From Octopus vulgaris (lineage: Eukaryota): a stretch of DNA of 64,000 bases. Below the pieces are notes generated by a model. The model did no database searches. It had not been told where the DNA came from and worked only from the letters and a program-made list of their open reading frames with translations. Made by a program: the position numbers and the translations under genes. The stretch covers positions 92,318,001-92,382,000 of the forward strand of contig OX597819.1 in NCBI GenBank assembly GCA_951406725.2, in the 5' to 3' direction. Of the stretch, positions 1 to 11,999 are shown piece after piece. The stretch's first letter is position 1, and each line of letters starts with the position of its first letter.

Positions 1-200
1 TGGCAGTGGTGGGACAGATACACACACACTCATACACATACACAGTTCTTTCAGTTTCTGTCTACCAATTCTACTAACAAGGCTTTGGTTAGCCCGAAGC
101 TATAGTAGAAGATACATGCCCAAGGTGCCACGCCGTGGAACCGAACCAAAGACCATGTGGTTAGGAAGTAAACTTCTTATCACACAGTCACACCTACGTC
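1..200 (-). mobile_element. tRNA-derived SINE, family A (partial)
   Basis: Reverse complement matches the repeated unit GGCGCAGGAGTGGCTGTGTGGTAAG...GGTTCAGTCCCACTGCGTGGCACCTTGGGCAAG...GGTAGACGGAAACTGAAAGAA seen at 23847, 27044, 48839 and 57118. Confidence 0.8.
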
Positions 201-484
201 TACATAATACGTATAAATTTATTCTTCCTCTCTTATATTAAGCTTTATAAGGATATTACATCTAAATTTCACTGTACTCTAACGGGTAATAATAAAAGCA
301 TGCTTTGATTAGTTATTTTACTACAAATTGACTCAGGTGGAGTACTGGCAAAATCATTGGTATTGTATCGGATGGTTTTTATTATACTCTTCAGATTTTG
401 GTGATTAAATCAGGCGCAGATCAAAAATTCTTTCGGAACTAGGATTTAAAATATCAGTACTGGAACTGGTTCTTTCCTGAGAAA

Positions 485-690
485 GAGGGCTAGCAGAATC
501 GTTAGCATGCCCGAAAATATGCTTAGCGGTATTTTCAGGCTTTACGTTCTGAGCTCAAATTTTACTACAGTCGGCTTTGCTTTTCATCGGTACGGGGTCG
601 ATAAAATATATACCAGTAAAATACTGGAGTTAATGTCAATGATTTGACTTTCCTCTCAAAATTGCTGGCCATGTGTTAATATTAGAAAGA
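485..690 (+). mobile_element. tRNA-derived SINE, family B (Meta/MESC-like central domain)
   Basis: GGCAGAATCGTTAGCA...TTCTGAGCTCAAAT...GCTTTTCATC...GGGGTCGATAAAA..TACCAG, homologous to copies at 27598, 30951, 31200, 45458 and 53010. Confidence 0.75.
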
Positions 691-967
691 ATTATTACAT
701 GCTTCTTGAATTTCATCGGTAATTAAGAGGGCAAGGGCGAAGAAAGGCTCAACAACAGATTATTTTGATATTTATCATTGAATTATATTTGCGATTTTAT
801 ATATATATATATATATACAATAAAAGCAATTAAGATTCAAGTCAATTCTAATGAATTTACTTGAATGCGGTACTTAACTTAGATGCACCAGAAAAACTAT
901 ATGGTGTTAACCATACAGTAATGTGGGGTGATTATAAACGAGAAAGAAGCAACAAGAATGGATTAGT

Positions 968-1058
968 TTTTAGTACAATTGTTTCGTACAAAGACAGGCT
1001 TTATTAAAAGTTGCAAATATTGCAGCAGATAAAAGTGTCCCGTACTCATCGGCTAAAA
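968..1058 (-). ncRNA. Type I hammerhead ribozyme-like motif (core variant CCGAUGA)
   Basis: Minus strand reads TTTTAG-CCGATGA-GTAC...GTAC-GAAA-CAATTG-TA-CTAAAA: stem I 6 bp, stem II closed by GTAC/GTAC, palindromic stem III, GUA cleavage triplet, U4>C in the core. Confidence 0.7.
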
Positions 1059-1099
1059 CACATATGAGTTCTTCAAACATCTTAGTGGGTGAGGCTGCA

Positions 1100-1153
<54 letters not shown>

Positions 1154-2054
1154 GATCAGATTAAAAGAAGGATAATAACGTATATATGACGTTAACGTAT
1201 CTATAAATATAGATAACTATAAATAACCATAAATATAAGTAAAAATAAAAAATATTATACTTGGTAAACTTCACAGGTTTTTCAAAGAGTTGATCTCAGG
1301 TCCATCCAGTAATACACATTAGTGAAACAGGTCTACTTAATGATGCAACAAAACAACAAAACAAAAAAGCATAAAAATTTATATTTGCATATATGTAGGA
1401 TGCAAAAGCTTCAGAGAAAGAGGTCAAATATTCAAATTTGAAACATTCTTTGAGTTGTTCCCAGACTTAAAGTCGTCCCGAAGTTGGGAGAAAGGGGAAT
1501 GACGATTTGTCAGAAAGATGAAATTGCTGGCATTGATCGTTTCTTATAGTTTAGATTCCATATTGTCCGCTTATCAATGTTGATGGTGGAAGAGAAGATG
1601 TTTAGCGATTTGCAGCTATCCCTTGATATCGGGTTTTTTATGTAGCTCTCAATGACTGGTTTTGTTTGGCATAGGGTTGACAAGGTGATGGTTTAGCTCT
1701 GCTGTCAATTTTCCGCTAAAATTCTATGGATTTTAGACACAATCTGTTTAACTTTCCTACAGTTCCTATGTAAGAGCTCTGCTTTCTGACTAAAGTAATA
1801 CTTGACAGAGCTGGTTTCACTTTGGTTTTGGAATGCCAACATATGTTTAGAAACTATACTTCCCAAAACATTACACAATTGCGCGTTTTTGATGAATAAA
1901 TTTCCAGTCATACGCTCTCCAACAATGTGTTCTTTTTGTAATTATAGGTTACACATTCCACTTATCTAAGTATAGTTATCTGCAAAGAAAAAGAGATAAA
2001 GAATCGGACAGTTATATCGTGAAGTACAAGGCACACTGCCTATGATCATATATA

Positions 2055-3256
2055 CAGGGTGGCGCAGAGAGGACGGACGTTTTTGATATGGCTATTGCTC
2101 AGCCCCAGGGAGAGATATATGTCCGACAAGTACCATTCGGTCCGTGGTGTCTTAGCATTTTGTTTTTCTTTTCAGCTGAAGCCATGGTGCTGTGGACGAT
2201 AGAGCATTGCGGGTTTGCCTACGACAGTTATGTGAAAAATAATGAATCTGTCACAATAGTTCAGCGTGAGTTTCGGCGTCACTCCAACATTCACCGAAAT
2301 CAGGCTGTTCCCACCCGTAACACACTCTTACGTTGGCTGAATGCACTTCGTACGCGAGGTAATTTAATGAATAGGAGACCCGTGGAGGCTCCACGAACTG
2401 TACGGAGGTTAAAAAATGTGGAACGCATTTCCACCCGTACAAATTAGTCATTAGGCAATAATTGAAACATGGGACTATGCACAATGGTTTAATTTCGCAC
2501 GTCAGATAGAAAAAAATCTTTGAGGCAAATGACAACCTCATTTTCTTAATACGTGATGAAGCTTATTTTCATCTTAGTGGCATGGTGAATCTACAGAACT
2601 GTCGTTATTGGACTCTTGAAAATCTGAGAGAACTGCACGATCTGGTGTGGTGTTGGAAAAGCTGCTGTCCTTGGCCCATACTTTTTTAAAGACAATTATG
2701 CTGTTACTGTGAACTCTGAGCGTTATATCGAGATGATAAGCAACTTCATTGTGCCTGAATTACGATGAAAACGTATGCCTATTCGACGTGTATGCTTTCA
2801 GCATGATGGGGTGACGGTCCACACAGCCAGAGTAGGAAGAAAATGGGTGTTCTTCGCCCTCTCTTCGGTTACCGCCTCATTTCCAGGTTTGCTGACATTC
2901 CTTGGCTCCCTCGGTCTCCTGATTTGACCATGTGATTATTTCTTGTGGGAAAATCTTAAGGCACATGGATATGTGCATAAACCGCGTACATTGGACGATT
3001 TGAAGGAAGCTATTCGCGTGGAAGTCGCCCAGATCGACAGAGTAATGCTGAAGAGAGTGGAGGCCAACTTCCAAGAACGCCTTCAGAAATGCATCAATGA
3101 AAACGGACACTACATGATGGATGTTGTTTTTCACACTTGACTCTGACAAATGCTAATTCAATAAAAACACATTGACGTCAATAAAATTTGTTTGCAGCTA
3201 AAAATTTATGATTTTGTGAATTTTTCAAAAATGTCCGTCCTCTCTGCCCTACGCCG
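2055..3256 (+). mobile_element. Tc1/mariner-superfamily DNA transposon (DUF4817-HTH, DDxD type), decayed transposase
   Basis: TIRs CAGGGTGGCGCAGAGAGGACGGACGTTTTTGA / TCAAAAATGTCCGTCCTCTCTGCCCTACGCCG flanked by TA. Fragments MVLWTIEH...VQREFRRH...PTRNTLLRW, DEAYFHLSG.VN.QNCRYW, QHDG, PRSPDL..CDYFLW, with frameshifts and stops. Confidence 0.92.
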
Positions 3257-3288
3257 TATATATATATATATATACACATATATATACG

Positions 3289-3360
<72 letters not shown>

Positions 3361-4129
3361 GATTAGATGAGTTTTCAATTTGTCCTATAGAGAAAGTAGT
3401 TAAATAAAAGTTAGTGTTTCTCTTTTGTCGAAATCCATTACATATACATCCATCCATCCATCTGTCCGTCTGTCCGTCCGACTGGCCGTCCGCCTGTCTC
3501 ACTATTTTTCTGTCTGTCTACCTGAATCTCACTTACTCTCTCTCTCTCACGCTGTCCTTCTCTCTCTGTCTCTCCCTCTGTATATATATATATATATATA
3601 TATATACATACACATACACTTTGTGTGTGTGTGTACTGGGACGGTTAGCTGAAGCAAAGGAACATTTTTTCCACAGTTTTGCAGGCCTTATGCAACAACG
3701 ACAACAACAACAACAACAACAAAGTATATGTATATTATACAGGATCCAATAAAATAATATGCGATGACTATCAATATTCTGACCAAAAACACATCATATA
3801 TCTGCACGCACTCATACACACTCACATAAACATACACTCTCATAACACACACACACACACACACACACTATTATCCTTTATTTATTCAGATATTCATAAA
3901 GATGAAGGAGCAGCGCCTTTATTTTTTCTCAGAGTTCCACGATTTATTGCAGGAAGAAAAATATTTCATACTGGAAAGTTGTGACATATAAATATCTATG
4001 TATACACGCATAGACATAGACACAGGTATACTCACACATGTATACACACATGCGCACACCCAGACAAAGACACACACACAAATACACACATATATATATG
4101 GTGTACCTTTCCTTTATTGGAATGATAAC

Positions 4130-4700
4130 AAAACTACACCCAGCGAGATATAAATGTCCTTCAAACAGGATTTAAATGCAAATTACTATAAGTTTCATGT
4201 TCTGGCAATTTTACTATTGTAGCATTTAAGAGCTCACATTTAAATCTCTTCACACAATTCCTCGCGAATACATAGAAGAGTGGGATACCTTCCATTGTAA
4301 TAATCATTGTGTAACATGGGCTTATAGCGTTCGTTCATAATGGCTCTAATAAGGAGGTTGTTGATTTCAGTAAATTGTCTTCCCAAATCTGAGGCATTCA
4401 GGAGGAGGAATATATTAGAGGAAAAAAATGAACGATATCAAACTGGTCGAACTTGCAGGTTGCTTTACTCTTGATGCCGCGTAACCAGATGATTGCTTTA
4501 ACTCTGTGATCACATTGTATCAGTACAGTAAACTCTTCGATTATCGCAGTTGATTGCATCGAAATTATGTCTTTTACTCTCAAAGGGCTTCATTTCCCTA
4601 CATTTTGGTCTGGAACGTAAGCGTAGATATGATCGTGACGTGATTAGGCGAGGCAGTTCACACGATCTTCTGCATTATTGAATGTGACTAACTCTTTTGC
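4130..4700 (-). mobile_element. Penelope-like element reverse transcriptase remnant
   Basis: ORF 4398-4583 contains W..IKSKATCKFDQFDIVHFFPLI, resembling the PLE RT motif F.QFDI.DFYPSI; heavily decayed. Confidence 0.6.
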
Positions 4701-5639
4701 TTCGGTGTTTATATAATCGTATATTGGGATGTTGGTGTTGATGCATGCTTTAGCGATGATGTTAGTAAAAATCTTTTGTGCCCGTAGATGTTTGTTTCAG
4801 ATAAGTCTTTGTTGTTTTAAAGGGGAATGTGCATATTACCCGATAATTAGAAGCGTGTCATACAACTGTTTAAAGAATTTAGAGAGGGGTTTGATCAATG
4901 CCGAAATCTTACATTAAAAAAAAATGATATTCATGTAATCAGTGTAGAAATTCTGAAGATCCTTAATCTGGAGACAGCATTTTTGTGATCTGAAGACAAC
5001 ACGAATTTAGCAGAAGTGCTGACGGCTGGATTTTCAAAGAAGCTGACTTTCGTTGAAACGCATGAACCATATTTATGTACACAGCTATACACTTCAGTAT
5101 TAAACATAGGCATCGACATTCATATATATAAACAAACAACAACAAAAGCAAATACTCGATAATACATAAAACAAAAAGAAAATGCAAAGAACCTCATCAC
5201 AGAAAAATATTAAGAGAAAAACTTCCAACTAAAATAAACAAACAACACAATCAAAAGAAAATAAAATTAAATAAATAAAGTCTTCGAAATGATGCCAATT
5301 CAACTGATTTCTTTGTTTGCTAGAGACATTATAATTTTCTTGGCACAATCCAAATTTATGATTGTTGGCTCTCTTTTCTGAAAGTGAACTATTAATTTTC
5401 CGATGTTTTGCCTTTCATTTTTGTTCCAGAAAATTCTATTGAATTTTATGTATAATAACATGATGTTAGCGAACGAACAAATTTTATCTAATAAATAAGC
5501 ATCAAGACGACGTTGTAGATTATACAGTCTATTTAGTACGAAGCAGTTAAAATAAAATAAATAATTTAATTAATAATGATAACGATAAGAATCATGACGA
5601 CGACGACAATGATGACGATAATAACATCAACGACAACAA

Positions 5640-5662
5640 CAATAATAATGATAATTATAAAT

Positions 5663-5693
<31 letters not shown>

Positions 5694-5707
5694 TAATAAT
5701 AATAGTA

Positions 5708-5776
<69 letters not shown>

Positions 5777-5805
5777 CCCTTATTATTATCATTATTATTA
5801 TCATA
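5640..5805. repeat. (AAT)n/(ATT)n microsatellite with orientation switch
   Basis: Direct reading. Confidence 0.95.
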
Positions 5806-6430
5806 ACAAGAAAATATAGTGGCAGCAAAAACGAAACAATCTCACATATTGAGTGAGTGCCTGATACCAAAAACATGCAATGAAAACGAAATAATATTAC
5901 AAGTAACTGCAGAATATGTGGAGATGGACAAGAAACAATAAATCATATTATCTCTAGCTGCCCAGTCTTGGCTAAGAAGGAATATATTCACAGACATGAC
6001 ATAGTTAGAACCTACATACATTGGAAGCTATGCCAACATTATGGAATAACAACAGAAAAAAGATGGTATAGGCACACACCAGAAAAGGTCACAGAAAACG
6101 AGAAAGCAACCATACTCTGGGATATGCCGATACACACAGATAGAGAAATTAAGGCCAACAGACCAGATATAGTAGTAGATGAAAAAAAAAACCAATATTA
6201 TAGATATTGCAATCACTGGGAATACACTAGAAAACATGGAAAAACACTACTAAAAGACAAAATTGCAAGGACGTAGGCTATGAAGAGAGTGTTTGTCATC
6301 CCAGTAGTTGTAAGGGCATTTGGAGCACTAGCAACTAATCTTGAGAAATATTTCAGAGAAATACTGGGCTTCAAACACATATATTTTACCTAGCAGTGTC
6401 AATTTGATAGCATGCACTGCTCCCGCACTC
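5806..6430 (+). mobile_element. R4/Dong-like non-LTR retrotransposon 3' fragment (CCHC + RLE endonuclease)
   Basis: CRIC...HIISSCPVLAKKEYIHRHD...IHWKLC...WY.H.PE...ILWDMPIHTD..IKANRPDIVV, VIPVVV.AFGA; flanked by (TAA)n. Confidence 0.85.
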
Positions 6431-6498
<68 letters not shown>

Positions 6499-6526
6499 TA
6501 ATAATGAATAATGGTAATAATAATGA

Positions 6527-6606
<80 letters not shown>

Positions 6607-6637
6607 ATAATGATAACAATAATAATAATAATAATAA

Positions 6638-7981
6638 ATGGAGAAATTGATGGAGAAAGAAATGACTGAAATATTTAAGGTGGAGTACTTGTGCAGACTG
6701 AGACTGATTCTAAAGTCGAAATTAAATGGACGGAATAAGATCGAAGCTATCAACCTGGGCGGTTTCATTCTTTAGATATGGAGCAGGTGTACTTGCATGT
6801 TCAGTAGACGAACTAAAGAGCTTAGACAGAAAGACAAGGAAGTTGCTAACTAGATATGGGTCACTCCACCCAAAAAGTGACACAGACAGACTGTATGTAC
6901 TAAGAAAAAGGGGGAGAATTTGGAGCAGAAGAAAACAACATAGCATGGTATATAAAAATGTCACAGAACCGCTGTTATTAGAGGTAAGAAGCTCAGGCTT
7001 GTATGATGAAAGAGGTCAAAGATAAAGCTCTATACAAGAAATTGAAAAGGAATGAAACTGAAAATAGGTGGGTAAAGAAAAGAATGCATGGTCAATTTCA
7101 TAGCGAAGTTGAAGATAAGACAGACAGAGAAAGAAGATGGCTGTGGATGACTAAATGTGATTTAAAACTGGAAACGTAGGCTCTAATCTATGCTGCCCAA
7201 GAGCAAGCACTGAGAACAAACTACTTAAATACAGAATAAACAACACAGCAGAAAGTGATGAGTGCAGAATATGTTGGACAAAACGGTGAAACCGTATGGC
7301 ATATTACTAGGCAATGTACGCCACTATTTCAGAAAGAATATAAGAGACGCCACGACAATAATGCCAGGTTTGTCCATTGGACACTTTGCAACAAGTATGG
7401 ACTTGACAGAGCAAAAAATTGGTACGACCACAAACCTGAAGTTATCGTCGAAAATGGAAATGCAAAGATCCTATAGTATTTTATGATTCAGTGCGACCAT
7501 GAGATTGAGAATAGGAAGCCGGACACTTTAGCCGGGAATATTGTTAAGCAGTGCTTAATATGTATCTAATTCATGGTTCAAGAATTCAAATATGTTATTG
7601 GCATTTCCTCGTGTTCCTTAATTGAGAAAGAAAACAAACTATGCTGGATCTTAGATATAGCATGCCCAGCTGACAACAAAGTATATGATAAGGAAGAAAG
7701 ATAAGTCGAGAGAGATATGACAGGTTAGCTTGGGAAGTTAAGCAGTTGTGGTCGATGAAAAAGGTAGTAGTAGTACCAATAGTTGTCGGTGCCCTCGGAA
7801 CAGTGAGCAAAAATCTCGAGAAGTACGTGGAACAAATAGGGGCTGCAATAAGGGTGGAGCAATTGCAGAAAACGGCACTGCTTGGAACCACTCGAATACT
7901 CCGGAAGGTGCTCGAAAAATAAGAGGTACTGAACAGCTGACTCTGTAACACATCTCCAGCGTTAGAAGCTGTGCAAAGACC

Positions 7982-7982
<1 letters not shown>
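6638..7982 (+). mobile_element. R4/Dong-like non-LTR retrotransposon, 5'-truncated (RT C-terminus, zinc knuckle, RLE)
   Basis: LDRKTRKLLT..GSLHPKSDTDRLY, MHGQF, AAQEQALRTN, CRICG...ETVWHI...C...EYKRRHD, RKPD, LDIACPAD, VVPIVVGALG, LQKTALLGT.RILRKVL; embedded between TAA/TAG microsatellites. Confidence 0.9.
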
Positions 7983-8061
<79 letters not shown>

Positions 8062-8074
8062 AATGATAATAATG

Positions 8075-8144
<70 letters not shown>

Positions 8145-8153
8145 TAATAATAA
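7983..8153. repeat. (TAA)n microsatellite (target/tail of the Dong-like element)
   Basis: Direct reading. Confidence 0.95.
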
Positions 8154-8367
8154 TCCTTTCTATAGAAAGCACAATACCTGAAATTTGGCGGGAGGGGACC
8201 TGTTGGTTGCATCGATCCTAATGTTTCACTGGCATTTATTTAAATGACTCCAAAGGGTAAAATGCAAAGTCGACACCTGCGGAATTTGACAAACAGTATA
8301 GAGAAGTGAGTCACATCAAAAAGGAGAATATAAACTTACTTGGAAATGGATGAATGGCGTTCAGTTA

Positions 8368-8430
<63 letters not shown>

Positions 8431-8678
8431 CATGCATATAGGGGTACAGGACGTCACCAACGGTTCAAACAACAAGAAATACGTAAACAACAAAAGAATG
8501 GAAAAACAGGACAAGTAAACACAGAGTAGGACTCTTTATTGGTTGTCGTCTGTCTATCTACTCCTCATTTCGAGCATTCGACGACAATAGGAGTCTTTAA
8601 AGACTTACATACATATACACACACATACATAATGCACATAATTATGTTTACACATCAAAGTATATATATGTATTTCTG

Positions 8679-8758
<80 letters not shown>

Positions 8759-8874
8759 TAAATATATATCAATATAAACGCACATATCCCTATCTTTCTA
8801 TCTAGGAATAATAATATAAATGCATACATTCATCTGTATGTGTGTATATATACATGTATGTATATGTACATATG

Positions 8875-8905
<31 letters not shown>

Positions 8906-8909
8906 GATA

Positions 8910-8959
<50 letters not shown>

Positions 8960-8961
<2 letters not shown>

Positions 8962-9235
8962 AGGCGCAATGGCCCAGTGGTTAGGGCAGCGGACTCGTGG
9001 TCGTAGGATCGCGGTTTCGATTCCCAGACCTAAAAAATACCTAAAAGCTCCACGAGGCTTTGGCAGGGGTTGGTGATCCCTGCTGTACTCTTTCACCGCT
9101 CTTTCTCTCTTTCTTCTGTTGGCCTGCTCGCTTAGCCAGCGGAGTGGCGTCATTCCAAGGCTAAAACAATGCGAACGCGTTGTGACCAGCGATGTGTAGC
9201 AACATCTGATGGTCTGGTCGGTCACGTGATCACGT
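8960..9235 (+). mobile_element. tRNA-derived SINE, family C
   Basis: GGAGGCGCAATGGCCCAGTGGTTAGGG (A box)...GGTTTCGATTCCC (B box); homologous to 46228, 46891 and 53283. Confidence 0.85.
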
Positions 9236-9865
9236 GATATATATATATATATATTATATATTTAAGTGTGCTGGGGATGTGTGCATGTGGGTGCGTGTGT
9301 ATCTGACTATATGTATATTACTAATTTCTACAATAGTGTTGCTAGCGAAAATATCTTGCCATGCTTAATGAAAAGTGCCAAGTTTTTAGCAATAGGAAAT
9401 AGTATCCGATAACGAAACTTAGATTGACATAGCATAAATTACTCAATAAGAAACGATGGCAAATTCCAGGTTATTAAGCAAGAACATTTCATCTAAAGTT
9501 TATCCAATTAAAGCAATGGTGGTGTTGAATGGATAAGAAATTTGGATAGACAGTCAAAGAGAAAAGGAACGGTATTATAGGTCTAATAATAGATGGCAGA
9601 TAGAAAGAATGAACTCTAGTTATTTAAAATTAGTTAGCGTGATGATGAAGTAAAATTTAAAATATGTAGTTAGAGGCTTGCTTGTTAATTAGCAGAAGAA
9701 AGATTGTGAGAGAATGTGAATTCGCTATATGAAGACATAGCCACACATTGATATAACGAAAGAAGACAGCTAAATTTATATATATATATATATGTATTTG
9801 CTGGCACAAATACATACTTACATGCAGAGACTTGCTGATTCATACATACATACACACGCACACAC

Positions 9866-9920
<55 letters not shown>

Positions 9921-10207
9921 ATAGACTCTCTCGTCGTTAGGAAACGGCTGAGGATTGCGCACAGATGAGTTGTTTCGAGTGATCAAATATTTGTGTTAGG
10001 CATAAGCTCAGTATCTCCATCAAGTCTACATTGCTTGTAGAGGTGTACAAGTGTGCTACATGTCAGGTGTCAAAATGTTCGCAGAACAACTGGAAATGAT
10101 GTGTTTTGCGCAAGAAAGAATGCAACACTCTAACCACTCGGCCATGCCTCTTCAAAACAGACGTTATGTTCCAATAGCTCACACGCCAACATTCACAGCT
10201 GCCCGTG

Positions 10208-10275
<68 letters not shown>

Positions 10276-11033
10276 CACATATATATATATGCGCACACTT
10301 TTTATACACGTTTCCATGACTTAAAAAAAGTAAATTGATGTTTAAAGTAATGCTATTGTTTACATAACTGTAATTAAATTGGTAGCCAGAAAGTAATTAA
10401 ATAAGAATTTTAGCTTCAGTATTCAATAAACAAAGGTTTGTAATGTAAACACGAAACTTACTGAGAAATTTGTTTTTGCAGTTTACATAAGGACCAAATC
10501 TATTTATATCCTGATTATGACTATATTAAGGTATAAAACATATGTATCAACAAAATCTCATATCATCAAATATTTACTAAAATCTTATCGTAAGTAGAAT
10601 GCCCAATTCTATTCGCTTTGACTGATGGAGTTACTTCTTGTTTTCAATCTGATAATATAGAGTATAACGGTTATGTTTTGTAGATTTTTTTTAGTAAAGA
10701 AGCTATTCACCAAGATTGGTTAATATGATTCGTGTACGTGAATATGGTATTGATGTACTCGAAGGTGATTTGGCTGGTACTTCTTGCATTTCACGCGTTT
10801 ATGTTGAACATGCGTCATTAACTATCCACAGAAGTTGTGGTTCCTGTTATTAACGTTTAACCGCAGATCACCCTTAGTCAATAACCTTCCAAATTTGGCT
10901 ACATTATCTGTTTCAGGTCAATATTATCTAATGTTTGGTTTAGAGAGCATGTGTCTCTAAACCATACAAGGCCGATTATCTGCTAAGTTTCAGAGTGTTA
11001 TGTATATATATTTGACATAGAAACTATATATAT

Positions 11034-11792
11034 ATTAGTAATGAAACAATTGTATAGAGTCAATCTATTTTATTCGTTGTATTTCACTTTCCTTCAGTTA
11101 AATGTGTGTTGATTCTAGTTGGAAACGGATCTTCTGTGGTTGCTTCGGAGCTATTTTTAGCACTAGAGTTATCCACATAGTGGATAACTCTCTAATAATT
11201 TATGTATAAATTTGTATTTTCTCCGTAGTTTTTTGTGCTAAGCCACTTGGTGTTAAATTGACGGTATTATTAAATTAATATCGATTTTTCACCCTCATTT
11301 ATAATTTTATAAATTTAACCATGCGGCAGTTAATATTTTATTTGATGCGGCATACGTTTCCAATGGAGTCTAGGCATGCTTTTGGCGCGGAATTTGAGAC
11401 ATAACTAAAAATGTAATTGGTTGGACCGCTCGTGTTTTTGACGCCCGAATCGATCTAATTAATTGCATTTCTGACAAACTCTACCGAAGATTTATGGATG
11501 CAAGTGTAAGTAAAACTACATATTGCATTAGTAATGAAACAATTGTATAGAGTCAATCTATTTTATTCGTTGTATTTCACTTTCCTTCAGTTAAATGTGT
11601 GTTGATTCTAGTTGGAAACGGATCTTCTGTGGTTGCTTCGGAGCTATTTTTAGCACTAGAGTTATCCACATAGTGGATAACTCTCTAATAATTTATGTAT
11701 AAATTTGTATTTTCTCCGTAGTTTTTTGTGCTAAGCCACTTGGTGTTAAATTGACGGTATTATTAAATTAATATCGATTTTTCACCCTCATT

Positions 11793-11803
<11 letters not shown>
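11034..11803 (+). repeat. 1.55 tandem copies of a 493-bp hammerhead-containing unit (retrozyme or Penelope pLTR-like)
   Basis: 11034-11310 is essentially identical to 11527-11803 (period 493); (TA)n on both sides. Confidence 0.9.
11478..11553 (+). ncRNA. Type I hammerhead ribozyme-like motif (core variant CCGAAGA)
   Basis: ACTCTA-CCGAAGA-(long stem II incl. ATGCAA/TTGCAT)-GAAA-CAATTG-TA-TAGAGT; stem I 6 bp perfect, GUA triplet. Confidence 0.7.
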
Positions 11804-11850
<47 letters not shown>

Positions 11851-11999
11851 ATATATATATAGTTTCTATGCCAAATATATATATATATAACACTCTGCAA
11901 CTTAGCAGATAATCGGCCTTGTATATATATATATATATATTAATATATATATATATATATATATGTGCGCAGTGGCAGAGTGATATGTATATATATTTG

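Larger units (their letters stand above)
10967..11921. mobile_element. MITE-like element with ~65-bp TIRs and TA flanks, hosting an internal insertion
   Basis: TA|CAAGGCCGATTATCTGCTAAGTTTCAGAGTGTTA...ACATAGAAACTATA at left; its reverse complement TATAGTTTCTATG...TAACACTCTGCAACTTAGCAGATAATCGGCCTTG|TA at right. Confidence 0.8.

Noticed and set aside
1200-1960. Possible Penelope ORF remnant next to the 968 hammerhead
   Set aside because: Coding-like, but I could not identify a diagnostic RT or GIY-YIG motif
3178-3984. Numerous ORFs with YIYI, THTH, poly-I/L/Y/S tracts here and across the window
   Set aside because: Translations of (TA)n, (CA)n, (TAA)n and (TTC)n microsatellites
8960-9030. Functional tRNA genes at SINE heads (also 46228, 59100)
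   Set aside because: A and B boxes are present but continue into SINE bodies without a proper acceptor stem or terminator
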